Source: Geosiphon pyriformis uo1 (taxonomy: Eukaryota; Fungi; Glomeromycota). From it: a stretch of 64,000 nucleotides of DNA. The notes beneath the pieces were generated by a model. It was not told the DNA's origin. It searched no databases and saw nothing but the letters and a program-made list of their open reading frames with translations. The stretch covers positions 124,001-188,000 of the forward strand of contig JAAOMT010000129.1 of assembly GCA_016748015.1 (NCBI GenBank). Direction: 5' to 3'. This document shows positions 1 through 12,859 of this stretch, piece by piece. Each line of letters starts with the position of its first letter. Position 1 is the first letter of the stretch. The position numbers and the translations under genes were made by a program.

Positions 1-281
1 CATTTCGGCGAACTACAAGTTATTTCGCTGAACTATGAATTATTTCGGCCAATTTCCATTAATTTCGGCGAATTTTTGCTATGTTATATGGTTCAGGGTA
101 TTGTGTAAATTGATCATCTCAATTTCTATGGTCCAAATCGGGTTATTGATTAAATGATGATAATTGCTAATTTGATTAAATAATAAGTGAAATTCGAAAC
201 GATAATAATATGTGCTAATTAATGATAGGAATTATAAGGGAAATTTCATGCTAATTAATAGCTAAAATTCTACTGGTAACA
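1..281. mobile_element. Right end of an LTR-like element (same family as 6474-7445) inserted into LINE copy 1; continues left of the window
   Basis: 1-281 is colinear with about 7165-7445 and ends in the identical terminus ...AATTCTACTGGTAACA. It is followed by CCGG (282-285), where LINE ORF2 (CLAGESVPG) is cut. Confidence 0.85.
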
Positions 282-3200
282 CCGGGCACTGATTCACCAG
301 CCAAGCAAGTGTTCAAAAGCACCAACAACATCTCCAAGACAGACCTATCACAATGTTTCCAAAGCTCATTTGAGATACCCAACAGACCAGCAGCTTTGCC
401 ATCAGGAAGGATGGAAACCATCCCAAACAACTTGTCAAAACCAATCGGACACATCACCTTTGAAAAAGCCTCATCAAAAACATACTCCAAAGGCTGATAT
501 TGGCGACACCATTTACTTGACATATTATCGACCACCCGACGCTTCCTAGTTCAACCCTTCATGATCACGTCCACCTTGCTCATAACCTGATCAGGCTCCA
601 AAACCAGTTCACTATCAACAACCAAGTGATCAAGCACCACCTTACAAAATGGGTGCTCCAGCACACTCCTTATCGTATAATCTTTATTGACCTCAAAGCT
701 TTCCATTCTCTTATCTATGGCTGATCTAATGTTAGCCTTCTTGGCGTTCTGAGACTCAATGAGCTTAAATGCACAATATGATTTTCGAGTGCTTGAGAGA
801 GCAAAAAGGACATGACCAGAGTCCATACCAAAATCCATCAGATCCCAAATGATTAAAGCCTTAATACTGTCCAGAGAAGTCCAACAATCCATGAAAGAAG
901 CAAAACCAACAACATCTTCCTTACGCGATGTCTTGATGATCTTAAAAACCAAAAGCTCCAATTTGTAAAACTTTGAGGATTCCTTAGAGAAAACTCTATC
1001 AAAGTTCTTGAATCATTTTTTTTTGAAAGTACTATTAGCTAAAAGCACTATGACCTCGCAAATGACGTCCCACATCACATCCAAATCTGAGAATCTTACA
1101 GAGGTGGCAAACTTATCTGAGAACATTGCTGCATTGGCCAAAGTGGCACACCTGAAATTGTCCCATTTACTCTCATCAATGCCCCTAATGTTAAACTTCC
1201 ATTGATCTCTATTCGCCTGCCTACGAAAAAAGTTCGAATGCATATCCAAAAGTCCACCCAAACCCACAGACACACAAACTGTTTGATGATCAGTATCAAA
1301 ATACTCACTAACATCCAAAACATCTTGGCTTACTATCGCATTGACCAAATTTGACGAAATGAACACATAATCAATAGTTCTTACAACACCCCTTGAATTT
1401 CTCCAGGTAGGACTTTTTGCCAATGAATTCCCTGCCAGAGAATTGACCATTCCCAAATCCAAACACTTCTTAAAACTAGCACACCTGCGAGAGCCATCTT
1501 CATTGAAATCACCACCCAAAATGACAAAAGAAGACTCATTCACAGCCCTAGCTATCAAGGAATTGACTTCACTAGCTTGAGAGAAACGGACTGCCAGAGA
1601 AGCACCAGCATAAAGCCCCAAAATTGATACCAAAAGTTTGTTCTTAAAAAGCAACTTAATTGAAAGAAGCCAACCAGGCACCTTAGAAACCTTATACACA
1701 TGGCGAGCCAGAGAATTGTCTACAACAATAGCAACACCCGAACTCAGATTACCAGAATCTTGACCTGAAGTAAAGACTCAAACACCATCAAACCTAGTTG
1801 CAATCCATGGACAGACCTTACTCTTTAGCTTGGTCTTAGTAACAATAGAAATCAAATTGTTCATATTCTTGTGCCAACAAATGACATCTTCCTGTTTTGC
1901 AGGATTGTTCATACCTCTAACATTACACGTGGCAATTTTCCAAATTAAGTGAGTCATTGAGAAGACAGGGGAACTGACAAACCCAAACCAGAGCACAGAA
2001 TATTTAACTTATCCAAAACTGAACCAACTGAGGCCTCCAAAGCAATCAATTTTGTTTCCAAACCACCCACTTTGGCAGTGAGGACTTTGGAACTACTAGA
2101 GCTGAGCTTAACAACAGCATCATAAATGACGAATGGAGGAGTACCAAATGAGACCAAAGCAGTATCCATAATCATATCAAAATCTACATTAGAAGTTAAA
2201 GTTTCAGAAACAGCAGGAAGAAGGCTCAGAGAAAAGGTCACTACAGAAACCAAATCAATGGATTCCAGTCAAACCAAAATGCCAGAAATGCAGTTAGTCA
2301 AAAGCTCCAAAGAGTGCTCCAAAATTGCCAGCCGGTCATTCAAATAAGAAATGGTAGGAGAGTCAGTTGCCATTGAAGAATGAACCAAACCAGAATGCAA
2401 ACCAGCACCAACCAAACCAGAGGAAGTCACACGAGAAGAAGAGCCACCAGCAACTTGGGCCTATGTTTTACCACCAAATGAGACCGGACGAGCAATAGGA
2501 GCCGACTTTTTCTTATATATCCCAGCTAGATGAATCTGATCTTGCTCAGAAACCACCCTCTTTCCTCGAACACCAGAATACTCACCCAAGGAGCAGTTGA
2601 CCATAACATGACCAAATTGTTTACAATGAGTGCAACTGGCCAAAGAAAGACCAGCCCAACGCAAACTCACACCTTTGAAAACTGGAACGGTACCAATAGC
2701 AGCCAACTTGGATGCCTTATCACCAAAACAAATTACAGCACATCTATCACAAACATATGAATTAGAATTATGGCCAATGTAACAAGTCTTCCCACTGTAT
2801 GACTCCAACAAACAGAAAAGATCATGGGTATTGATGCCAACTGAAAGAGTATAAAGCAAAGCCTAATGCTGATCTCTCGATACCCATGTTTGTTTATTAT
2901 TGATTGCCAAAGCCACATGCACCGAATCCTTTCCCATGAGGACTGACCATTTGGAAGCAACCAGACTAGCTACTTAAGATGACTCAAATTTGACCAGGGC
3001 CTTTTGCCAGAGACCAATCAGCTGCATTTTGATTGAAACAACCTTGCCAAATTTGGAAAAGACTGACTTTACTGCCAATCTAAAAAGATCCACTGGGATC
3101 TTCTTGACTATCACTTCCCAATCTGAACAGACACTTGATTTTCTCAGATTATTATTGACTAAAATTTTCTTACTAATTGCCAATTTCCTAGCCTTATTTA

Positions 3201-4034
3201 AATTAATTTCAAATGTAAATGAGGATCTGATGATTCCTGGGAATTTTGAGAGAGTTGAGACTCCCTCAAATCCATTAACGTGATAAAAAATTTTTTTCAA
3301 ACTGATCATTTTATCATTATTAGTTTTGCCAGAAACAGCAGATAGCTCAATATCTAATGCAAACAATTTTGACAAATTAAAATTCCGTTTCTCTGGTGCA
3401 CATAACCCAATTGGAGGAAGGTGATTGAATCCATGAAATTTGGAACTCAGGAGAGGCAAAGTATCCTCACCATCACTTGAAACGTTGAAAGAAAGAGATG
3501 GTGGCTTACTGTTCAGAACATAGGTGCAGGTATGTGTCTTCCTTGGCGTGGCATCATTTATGTTATTGTCCAAACCCAAAACATCCGACTCTGCATAGCA
3601 AGTTTCCTTAGTGACGACGTTTTCCATGTTATTCAAGTCCAAAACGCCACTCACACTGTCCACTTCGCTGTTGACTTTGCTAGTCCATAATCACCCAATG
3701 TTAGGTCCGTCACCACTTTCATCCATAACGTTCGAGACACCAGCAGACAACTCTACCAACCTGTCAACCATCACAGGTTTCTTCAGCTTCTTATAGAATG
3801 CACTGCGAGAATGAAAACCAACTGAGTGCTTATTTTTGACACCAGACCGGGTTCTCAACCCAACTGAAACAAACCCAGAACCACCAGCAGCAAAGCCCAC
3901 CAGTTCTATAGCAACAAAAGGGGGAATGTCTGAAGAAATAACTGGAGAAAGGTGAAGGGGAAAGGAAAAAGGAAGGCTATTTCAGTGACGACTCAAAGCT
4001 CTCATTGTGACCAAGAGATCAATGAAAAAAAGAG
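282..4034 (-). mobile_element. Degenerate LINE (non-LTR retrotransposon) copy 1: 5' end, ORF1 and 5' part of ORF2; interrupted at 281 by the LTR-like insertion
   Basis: ORF1 fragments 3900-1954 carry an RRM-like segment (VKSVFSKFGKVVSIKMQLIGLWQKALVKF) and a zinc knuckle (CTHCKQFGHVMVNC). ORF2 from 1957 has APE motifs IATCNVRG, GGDFNE, TIDYVF, TDH and the pre-RT motif GKAAG. Many stops and frameshifts. Confidence 0.92.
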
Positions 4035-4719
4035 TTTTTTTTTTTTTGAGTTTAATAATATTAAAACTGATCTTTTAAAGATTATTAAATAGTTGATTAG
4101 ATTAATTCTTTATAATATTAGATTATTTGATGTAGTTTAAAAAATATTAGTTTTGGATAAGTTTATTTTTATTGTAACAATATAACATAGTTTAAACTAA
4201 TTTAAATAGCTAATTACATATAAAAAGTATGTGAATTACACTTAGTTTAGAATATTTGGTTTGTTTTATAGTCCTAAATAGTAATTGAGTTATACTTATT
4301 AAACTTAATAAAAAAAAATAATATATTTAATTAGTAAAGCCAACTTAACTAATTTAAATTTAAAAAAAATCAACTTAAAATTAATTATAAAATTAACAAC
4401 AATAATAGAAAAAAAACCAGAAATATAACAATTTTAACATAAAAATTTATATTAATAAATAACTTTAAAATCAATTATAAATTTTAACAAAAGTTTTAAA
4501 AATATAATAAAAATACTTTATAAATAAAAACCAAATAATCTAAATTTTAATACTTAAGATAATATTAATAATTAAAAATTTTTTATTAAATATAATTTTT
4601 TTGTAAAATATTAAAAATAATAATATTTAAGTTTTTTTAAAACCAAAAATAATAATAATATATTTTAATTATTAAATAAAATTAAAAAACCAAGAATTAA
4701 AAAATCAACTTATTAATTT
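4035..4719. other. Extremely AT-rich non-coding spacer between LINE copies 1 and 2
   Basis: Almost no G/C and no credible ORF. Confidence 0.7.
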
Positions 4720-7700
4720 TTTATTATTATTATGTTTTACAAGTAAGGTCTAAACACTGCCTAGTACAATATATCAACATAAGTGATCTAAACTAGATAT
4801 GAATCATGCTTTATCTACATGTGACCAGTTATTCAAACTGATCAAAACAACACTAAACACTTATATAAACCAAGATCAAATCACTAACACCTAAAAAAAA
4901 AAAACAAGACTTATAAAATTTGAAACAAACACCAAATGTCTTAGCAACACCAAGCAACCTAACAACACCAGCAAACAACCCTAAAGACAGACCAGAAATT
5001 GAGATAGAGACCAAACCACTTGGTAGAATCAGCCCATTTTTTTTCATAAAAGCACAATATCTAGCCCAGACTAACCAAATCTTATCTCTAAAAGTAAAGC
5101 AAAAAATACACACAAAAGCCACAATTTTCAGATGTACTACTTTGAAATTACCAAAAATAGACATTACCTCCTGGAGCCAACCTTCAAAAACAAAACTCTT
5201 GCAAATAGCCATATACACATTAACATTAGGAACACAAGATAACATTAGCCAAAACACACAAAAAAACAAATAAAAAAGACCAGAAAGTGCCCTCCAAGAA
5301 GCTGCATAAGCATCCAATAATTGAATATAAATAGATCTGTTAGTTACACAAGAAAAAACATGATTTGACACCTCAATATTACCACAATATAAACATGTTA
5401 CACTAGGATAGCATTTGTTAAAAAGTCGCTTCCATATAGCAACAAATAGCTGATAATATAAAGCTTTTATAAACTAAGTGTGGATGCCAGCAGAAGGTTT
5501 ACTAATAAGACCAACAGTCATGTGCAAGTCTGGATGTCACACCAAAAATGAACTGAACCAATCAATGTCCAAAAGCAAACTATTTATCAGAATCTTAGAA
5601 CTAGAACCAACTTCCCAACAAACACAATACATAAACCAAAAAACATTATGAACAAAGTGTCTTAAGCTATTAGAAACAATCTTACTCCCAGCCAGTATAA
5701 AACATTCTTTTAATTGAGAAAGAAAGTGCCAGTTAGAAAAAGAAGCAGCATTAGCAAGAATGTTTGCAAATTTATTTTCCAACATATCTGAGTGAGTCTT
5801 AACTTTGTACTAGTTAACCCTTAAATTCTTATTATGAATAATGCTTACAATGTGCTGGCATTTTATCCAATATTAATTACAATAGTTCAAATATATCAGA
5901 CCCAACTCCAATTTGCATGCATTTAGGACTGCTTGACTGTCTGTGAACAACTAAACCAAACTAAGAGAGGAGACACACTCAAAAGCCAGTGCTATAGCCT
6001 GTAATTCTACCAAAGTAAAGAACATCATACCAAAAACACTAACACCCAAACCCAAATTTATGTCTTTAAAAAAAACTGCTGTACCAGTTTTCATGTTAAC
6101 TGTGCTTATGTTTTTCAAAGAACCATCCATATAAATTGACAAAGTATTAGAATTAACACAAGATAATTAACTAAAAATTAACTCAAATTCACAAGATATA
6201 AGAACATTTAAAGATTTTATACTACCTAAAACTGAAGGGCAAGTAGAATAAGAATTAGCATTATTAAGAAAAGCAACAGAAATCTTGAACCAGTCAGAAA
6301 CAAGGCCATGAAAATCAAGTCTCTTCTATTACTTAAAAGTATTTCAATTAAAAACTGTGCTATAATAATTGTAAAACTAGTTCACAAAAGCAACATTGTA
6401 TTGCCAGAAAAAAGGAAGAGATTCAAAGAACTTAGACTCATCATGAACAGTTAACATGGGCACACTACTCTGATGTTACTAGAGGTTTTTGGTCTCTTTT
6501 TTTAATTGTTGTTAATATTTGTTTGTTGCTAATTTCACATTTTTTAGAAACAGTTAAATTTCCAATAACTGAATTTATTTTCAAATTAACTCCTATAATT
6601 TGAACTGCTGGACTTATAAGTAGAATAGCCAATTCTGTGCTAATTACTTTGTGTAGTTATGTTGTAGTAAACATCAACTCTTTCCCAGGAATTGCTCATC
6701 TGAAAGCTTACTAAAAATGTATAGTTACTTTGCTGTAAAAGTCAACTTTTCTACAGAAATTTTGTCTGTAAACTATCCTAATAATTATAATAAGAAAAAA
6801 AATAAAAAATCAAAGAAATGTAAAAGAAATAGAATTGTCAATAAAAACATTTTCTATTCAGGCCTGAAGTTACTAACAGATTACTGAAATTGGTAGCTAA
6901 TTAATTTCAAAATGTTAGTTGTGTTGGAGAAATTTCAAGTGTAATAATTTTAAGGATTTGGTTTTTCAAATATTTAATTTTTATTTGATTTTGTAAAAAA
7001 AAGTGATTTGTTATAATTAAAATATCTAAAGTAAGATACTATGATAAGATATAAGAAGATACATTTTCTTGAAAAGAGAAGCTCTTCTTTTATACAACTT
7101 GTTATAGTACTAATCTTTGAACTTGTACTTTTTTCTTTGCTCCAATTTCAGTAAACTAAAAATACATTTTGGTGAACTACAAGTTATTTCTACAAATTAT
7201 TAATTATTTTGGCCAATTTTTCATTAATTTCGGCGAATTTTGACTATATCAAATGGTTCAAGATATTGTGTAATTTAATCATTTTAATTTCTATAGTACA
7301 AATCAAGTTATTGATTGAGTAATGATATTTAATAATTTGGCTAATTAACAAGTAATAATCAAAATGATAATAATATGCTAATTAATAATAGAAATTATAA
7401 GAATAATTTTATGCTAATTTAATAGCTAAAATTCTACTGGTAACACTGATAACAAAAAAAGCTATTCAAAAGACCACTTAAGAACAAATTGCACTCAAGA
7501 AAAACACAGACCACATCTGCCAAAAAGTTATCAAAAAAACTGACTCCCATACAAACCAGAAAACACAAAGGATAGAGTGGACACCAACTTAAAATCTGCA
7601 AATCATAAGATCTGTGAGAAAACAAACACCCTAAAATTCTACTAGAATTTGCAAAGTTCATAACAGATGCCAATTTTCTTTCAGACTGAACTTGCTCAAA

Positions 7701-10700
7701 GATCTTTAAACTATAAAAGAAAAAGTGGTAAATTATATCACCAGAAAAATCACGAGGCAGACTAGCTTTTGACTTCAAATTTCTACAAATCAAAGCATTC
7801 TACTTATTACACACACTATTAGGAATGAAGCTGAATTGTGTCTTGTAATCAATGATAAGATAAAGGACAGCTAACATCAAATATAAAAATTGCTTGTTTG
7901 AGATGGCTTTCTTCAAAATAAGGTTGGTAAAAAACTGAATGTCAGAATGTGCTTTAGCCAAGCTAGGCTTTAATAGTCTATCAGTAGACAGATAAATGCC
8001 AAGATAGTGATGAAATTCACCTCTCTTGGCAATAGAAATAGATGACTCACTAATTAATAAGGAAGAATGCTCAACATTACAATTAATAGGAATGGCCACT
8101 GTTTTGTCATTATTTATAAAAATATTATTAATATAGAAGAAATCACTAGCAATATTAAAAATATATTGAGTAGTCTTCTAATTATAGCCAACTCAGATAG
8201 TATTATCTACAAATACACTAGTGACAAAAAAGGAGGTTAACCCAGTTTGAGATTCAGCATGACCAATTTTGGAAATGAAATAAGAATTCAATCTATATTC
8301 ACATAAGCTCTTCTGTCTCTTAACTTCACACAACAAAAGATTGTAGAATATATGCCAAAAAAGAGGTAAGAACACCTCTTCTTGATCCAAACTATTATGT
8401 ACTGGATATTCATTTAACAAACCAAAATCAGTTATAACTCTGTTAATGTGACCACCATAAATACTGCCAAAAAATCAAATAAACTTGCTACACATCTTTA
8501 TCCTAACCAGGCATTTTTTAAGATATTCCTATTTAACAGAATCATATGCTTTCCACATATCTTGCAAAACCAACCAAAGCTTATGGTTTTTTTTCAATGC
8601 ATCTTCAATTACTAAACCAACAGCAAAGATAGAAGACAATGTTGTTGTACTTTTCAAGACTGAAAAATTGTCTCCATGGAGAACACTATATGTGTTGCAT
8701 GCCAACAAAATCTTATCAGAAAAAACTTTAGAGAGAATTTTTTGTGTAATCTCAATTAAAACAATAGGATAAATATTCATTAGAATACTCATCTATTTAT
8801 ATGGTTTGAGAATCATTGAGATCCAAGCCTCTCTCTAAGAACTAGACACCAATTTACTAATTAAACAAAAATTCAAAAGCTCCAAAAGCATATTCAAAAT
8901 TGTCTTATTGCAATATTTTCAAAGCTCATTAGAAATATCAGAAAGCCCAGCAGCTTTGCCATTGGGAAGATTGGAGATTACACAAAACAGCTTATCAAAA
9001 CCAATTGGACACATCACATTCAAAAAAGCTTTATCAAAAACATACTCCAAAGATTAATATTAATAACATCAATCACTGGAGACATTAGCAACAACTGCAT
9101 ATTTCTTGGTTCAACCTTTCATGACTATATTCACCTTGGCTTTAACCAGATTAGGTTCCAAAATCAGTTTGTCTTCAACTACCAGGTGATCTAACACCAC
9201 TTTACAGAAAAGACACTATAGAACACTCTTGATAGTGTGGCCTTTGTTCATCTCAAAACTCTTCATCCTCTTATCAATAACATGCCTAATGTTCGATTCA
9301 TTAGTCTTTTTAGCTTTAACAAGTTTGCTGATATAATATGACTTCTTTATCCTAAAAAAAACAGAACATACACAATTAGAGTTGGCACCAGAATTCAGAA
9401 AAGCTCTGATACTTAAGGCATTATTGACATCCAGAAAAGACCAAAAATCTAACAAAAAAACACATTTACTCTCAAAATCCACACAGGAGCACCTAACAAT
9501 TTTTAACACCAAAAGTTCTAATCTGTAAAATCTAGACAATTTTCTGGTAAATTCCCTAATATAACTCTTGTATCATTTTTTTTTAAATGTTCTATTAGTT
9601 GAAAAGATTATTACTCTGTAAATAATGTTTTATATTGTATCCAAATCTAAGAACTTCTTAGATATAACAAACTTATCTGAGAATATAGCAGTATTGGCTG
9701 CTGTAATACTCTTAAACTTACATCATTTCAACTTATTAGCATTTTTGAAATCAAACTTCCAATGATCTCTATTTACTTGTTTGTGCAGTGAGTTCAGTTG
9801 CACATTTAGGAATTCACTCAAACTTACCATGACAGAAACAGCTTTGTGATCAATATCAAAATGTTTACAAACATTTATAACATTGTGATCTACTACTGTA
9901 TTAACCAAATTTAAAGAAATGAATATGTAATCAATTGTTTTTTTTACACTTCTCAAATTTTTTCATGTTGGATTCTTCACAACCAGACTTTTTGACAAAG
10001 AATTAACCAATTCCAAATTGAGACATTTTCTGAAACTTGCATATTTGTGAGAACCATTTTCATTGAAATCCCCATCTAGAATGACAAAAGAGAATTCATT
10101 TATAGTCTTTGCAATTAGAAAATTAATATTATTAGCTTGGGAAAACCAAACTGCAAAAGAAACACCAGCATAAAGCCTTAAAATTGAAACAGAAAGTTTA
10201 TTCTTGAAAAGCAATTTAACAGAAAGAAGCTGTTCAGACATCTCAAAAACTTTACTTATATGTTTTACCAGAGAAAAGTTCATGACAATTACTATACCAG
10301 CATTCAGGTGTCCAGAATTTAAACCAGAAGTAAACACCCAAATGTCATCAAATTTGTTTACAATCCACAGGCGAATCTTTCCTTTTAGCTTAGTTTTTGT
10401 GAAAATAGAGACCAAATTGTTTATGTCTTTGTGCCAATAAATAATATCAATCTGTTTTGCAGAATTGTTCATTCTTTTAACATTGTACATAGCTATTTTT
10501 CACACCAAATTACTCATTGAGAAAGGGTTTTAGAAATTATACCACCAGCCAGAACCAAACTATTAAAATGAACCAACAAACTTAACACTGAAGCAGCAAG
10601 CCCATCCAGCATGCTCTTCAATTATGCTATATTAAAAAAAGCAAAAGAGCCCAAAATCATAGCAGCCTTATCACCAGTGGCATTACCCAAGCTCTTTTCC

Positions 10701-12437
10701 ATCACTATATTTCTCACTTGATCCTGTAATAGAGGGGTCATTGACAGCTGACATCTAGAGCTAGATTGAAAAACTGCCAGCATAAGTGACTTTAATCTCT
10801 TAGCTAACTTACAAATTTGTCTTATGAGACTAGTAAAACTGTTTTTAATAGCAGTTAAATGTAATTTCAATTCATTAATGACCAATGAGGGGGTTTTATC
10901 TCCAAAAAAAAATCAGTATCAGCCAAATCATTATGCACAAAAAAAAAGAAGAAGAAAGACCTACCAACAACTTTTGCCCAAGAAATACCACTAAAAGATA
11001 CAGAACAAGCCATCGGTGCTAAACATTTGGCATAGATGGATGCCAGTCTACTTTTATCCTTATCTGAAAACACTTTACACAATAAGTTTTTAGAAGAAAT
11101 CTTCTTACCACTAGCACAGTCTAATAACATATGACCTAACTTCCCATACTTGACACATCTAGCAGAAATGAGACAAGACCAGTGTAGATTGGTGCCTCTA
11201 AGTACAGGTGTGGTTCCCATAACAACATTCAATAACTCAACAGAATTGAAACAAACAACAGTACATCTGGCCTGAGCATATGTTATTGGATAACAATTAA
11301 TGATGCATGTTTTTCTACCCATAGACCTAACAAAGTCCCAAATATCATGAGCATTAGTTCCCATCAGCAGTATATAAAACAGTGCCCTATAATGATTTTT
11401 CACATTTCATGATTCTTTGTCTGAATTTGCTCTAGTAATATGTACAGCATCTTTCCTAATTAGGATAGACTACTCAACTGCAACCAAATTAGCATAATCC
11501 ATTTGCTCAAATTCTACCACCACTTTTTGTTACAGCCCTACCAATTGTATTTTAATTGACTTAATCATTCCAAACTTGGATAGTACAGTATGCATAGCCT
11601 TAGCTGATGTTTCAACTGAAATTTTTTTTATTATCACAGCCCAATCTAAATAACTAAAAAATTTCTTGAGATTGGTGTTTACCAGAATATTTGCAGCTAT
11701 TGCCTTTTCCATAGTCTGTGCCAAACTAAATTCAAATATAAAGAATGTATGGATAATCTCTGAAAATTTTGAGAAAGTAAAAGCCCTCCCCAAAACCATT
11801 GACTTTTGAAAATAAATTTCTAACTATTGCAAGCTTTTCCTGAAAAAATTTTTCAATCACTTTATCTAAACCAATATCTAAAGTGAATGATTTCCTAATT
11901 GAAACGTCCACCAAAGTCTTCAAAGGAAGAGAAAGTACCAAAGGAGTGTCCAACAGAATATTATTACAATCATCACCTAAGAAGTTAATTTTCCTAGTGC
12001 TCTTTTGGTCAGAATTTTCGAATTTTTAGGCATTTGATCCAAGTTTCCTTCAGCAAGAATGCCACTTTCATCATAATTAAAGCTGGTTTTTTTAACCAAA
12101 CACTCCTCCTCTATGTTCACATTATCTGATTCAGTGGTATTATCAGTCTCAGAACTCCATAAATAACCACTCAATTTCTTAGCAGCAATTTTTCTATTAC
12201 TCATACTATTCTCTAAAGCCTCATTTTTTTCTTTTTTCTAGACTCAACAGACTTAATATTAATGCTAAAACCAAATTTCATAATAAACTTTTTCAGAATG
12301 ACAATACTAGGGCCAACAATGGTCTCATAATTAAGCAAAAACGGTTTGGATTTATCATACTGAATGGTAAAAAACTTCTTTCAAAAAACTTTTTTTGACT
12401 CTTTTTTGAGAATTTGAAATGAAGAAGAGAAAGAAGT
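4720..12437 (-). mobile_element. Degenerate near-full-length LINE copy 2 (different ORF1 subfamily) with nested LTR-like insertion
   Basis: ORF1 remnants 12204-10514. ORF2 from 10517: APE (YNVKR, DGDFNE, TIDYIF, IDH); RT (DMWKAYDSV, VFVDNTI at 8202-8213, HYLGIYL); RNase H (IYMDGS, VELQAI, YKVKTHS) at about 5750-6145; C-terminal CLYC..H...C; stop at 4853. A ~110-nt 3' UTR follows, then a (TAA)n tail near 4720-4733. Confidence 0.92.
6474..7445. mobile_element. 972-bp solo-LTR-like element with 4-bp target-site duplication, nested in LINE copy 2 ORF2
   Basis: Starts TGTTACTAG and ends CTGGTAACA (9-bp inverted termini, 1 mismatch). Flanked by CTGA at 6470-6473 and 7446-7449. Removing it restores the LINE reading FCYQ/SSVPM. 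A second copy end lies at 1-281. Confidence 0.88.
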
Positions 12438-12439
12438 TT

Positions 12440-12859
12440 TTGTTATATTAATTTTAAAAACAATATAAACAAAAAAAATTTATTAACTTTGTTTTAAATT
12501 TATTTTTAAAAATAATTATTTTTTTTTAATTAATATATTTTTTTTAATAAAAGTTAATTAACAAGTTAAAATTGTATTTAAAAATATATTAAACTTAAAA
12601 TAGATAATATATATTATTATTAAATATTATAATTAAAAATTTGCTAATTTATTATAATAATTTTAATAATAATATATATTAAATCTTATTAAATAATAAT
12701 ATTTTTAATATTTAAAAACATTTAAAATACAAATTCTACACAAAATAACTTAATATTGTTTTTTAAATTTGATTTTATATTAATAAAATCATAAATAACT
12801 AAAAAAACAACTTTAATATAAGTCAATTTAATTTTAAAAAATTATTTACTTAAAAAATT
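12440..12859. other. Extremely AT-rich spacer between LINE copies 2 and 3
   Basis: Near absence of G/C; no ORF. Confidence 0.7.

Noticed and set aside
6474-7445. Non-autonomous DNA transposon (MITE/Ginger) interpretation of the insertion
   Set aside because: The inverted termini are only about 9 bp, which fits a solo LTR better. The alternative is not fully excluded without seeing a full-length element.
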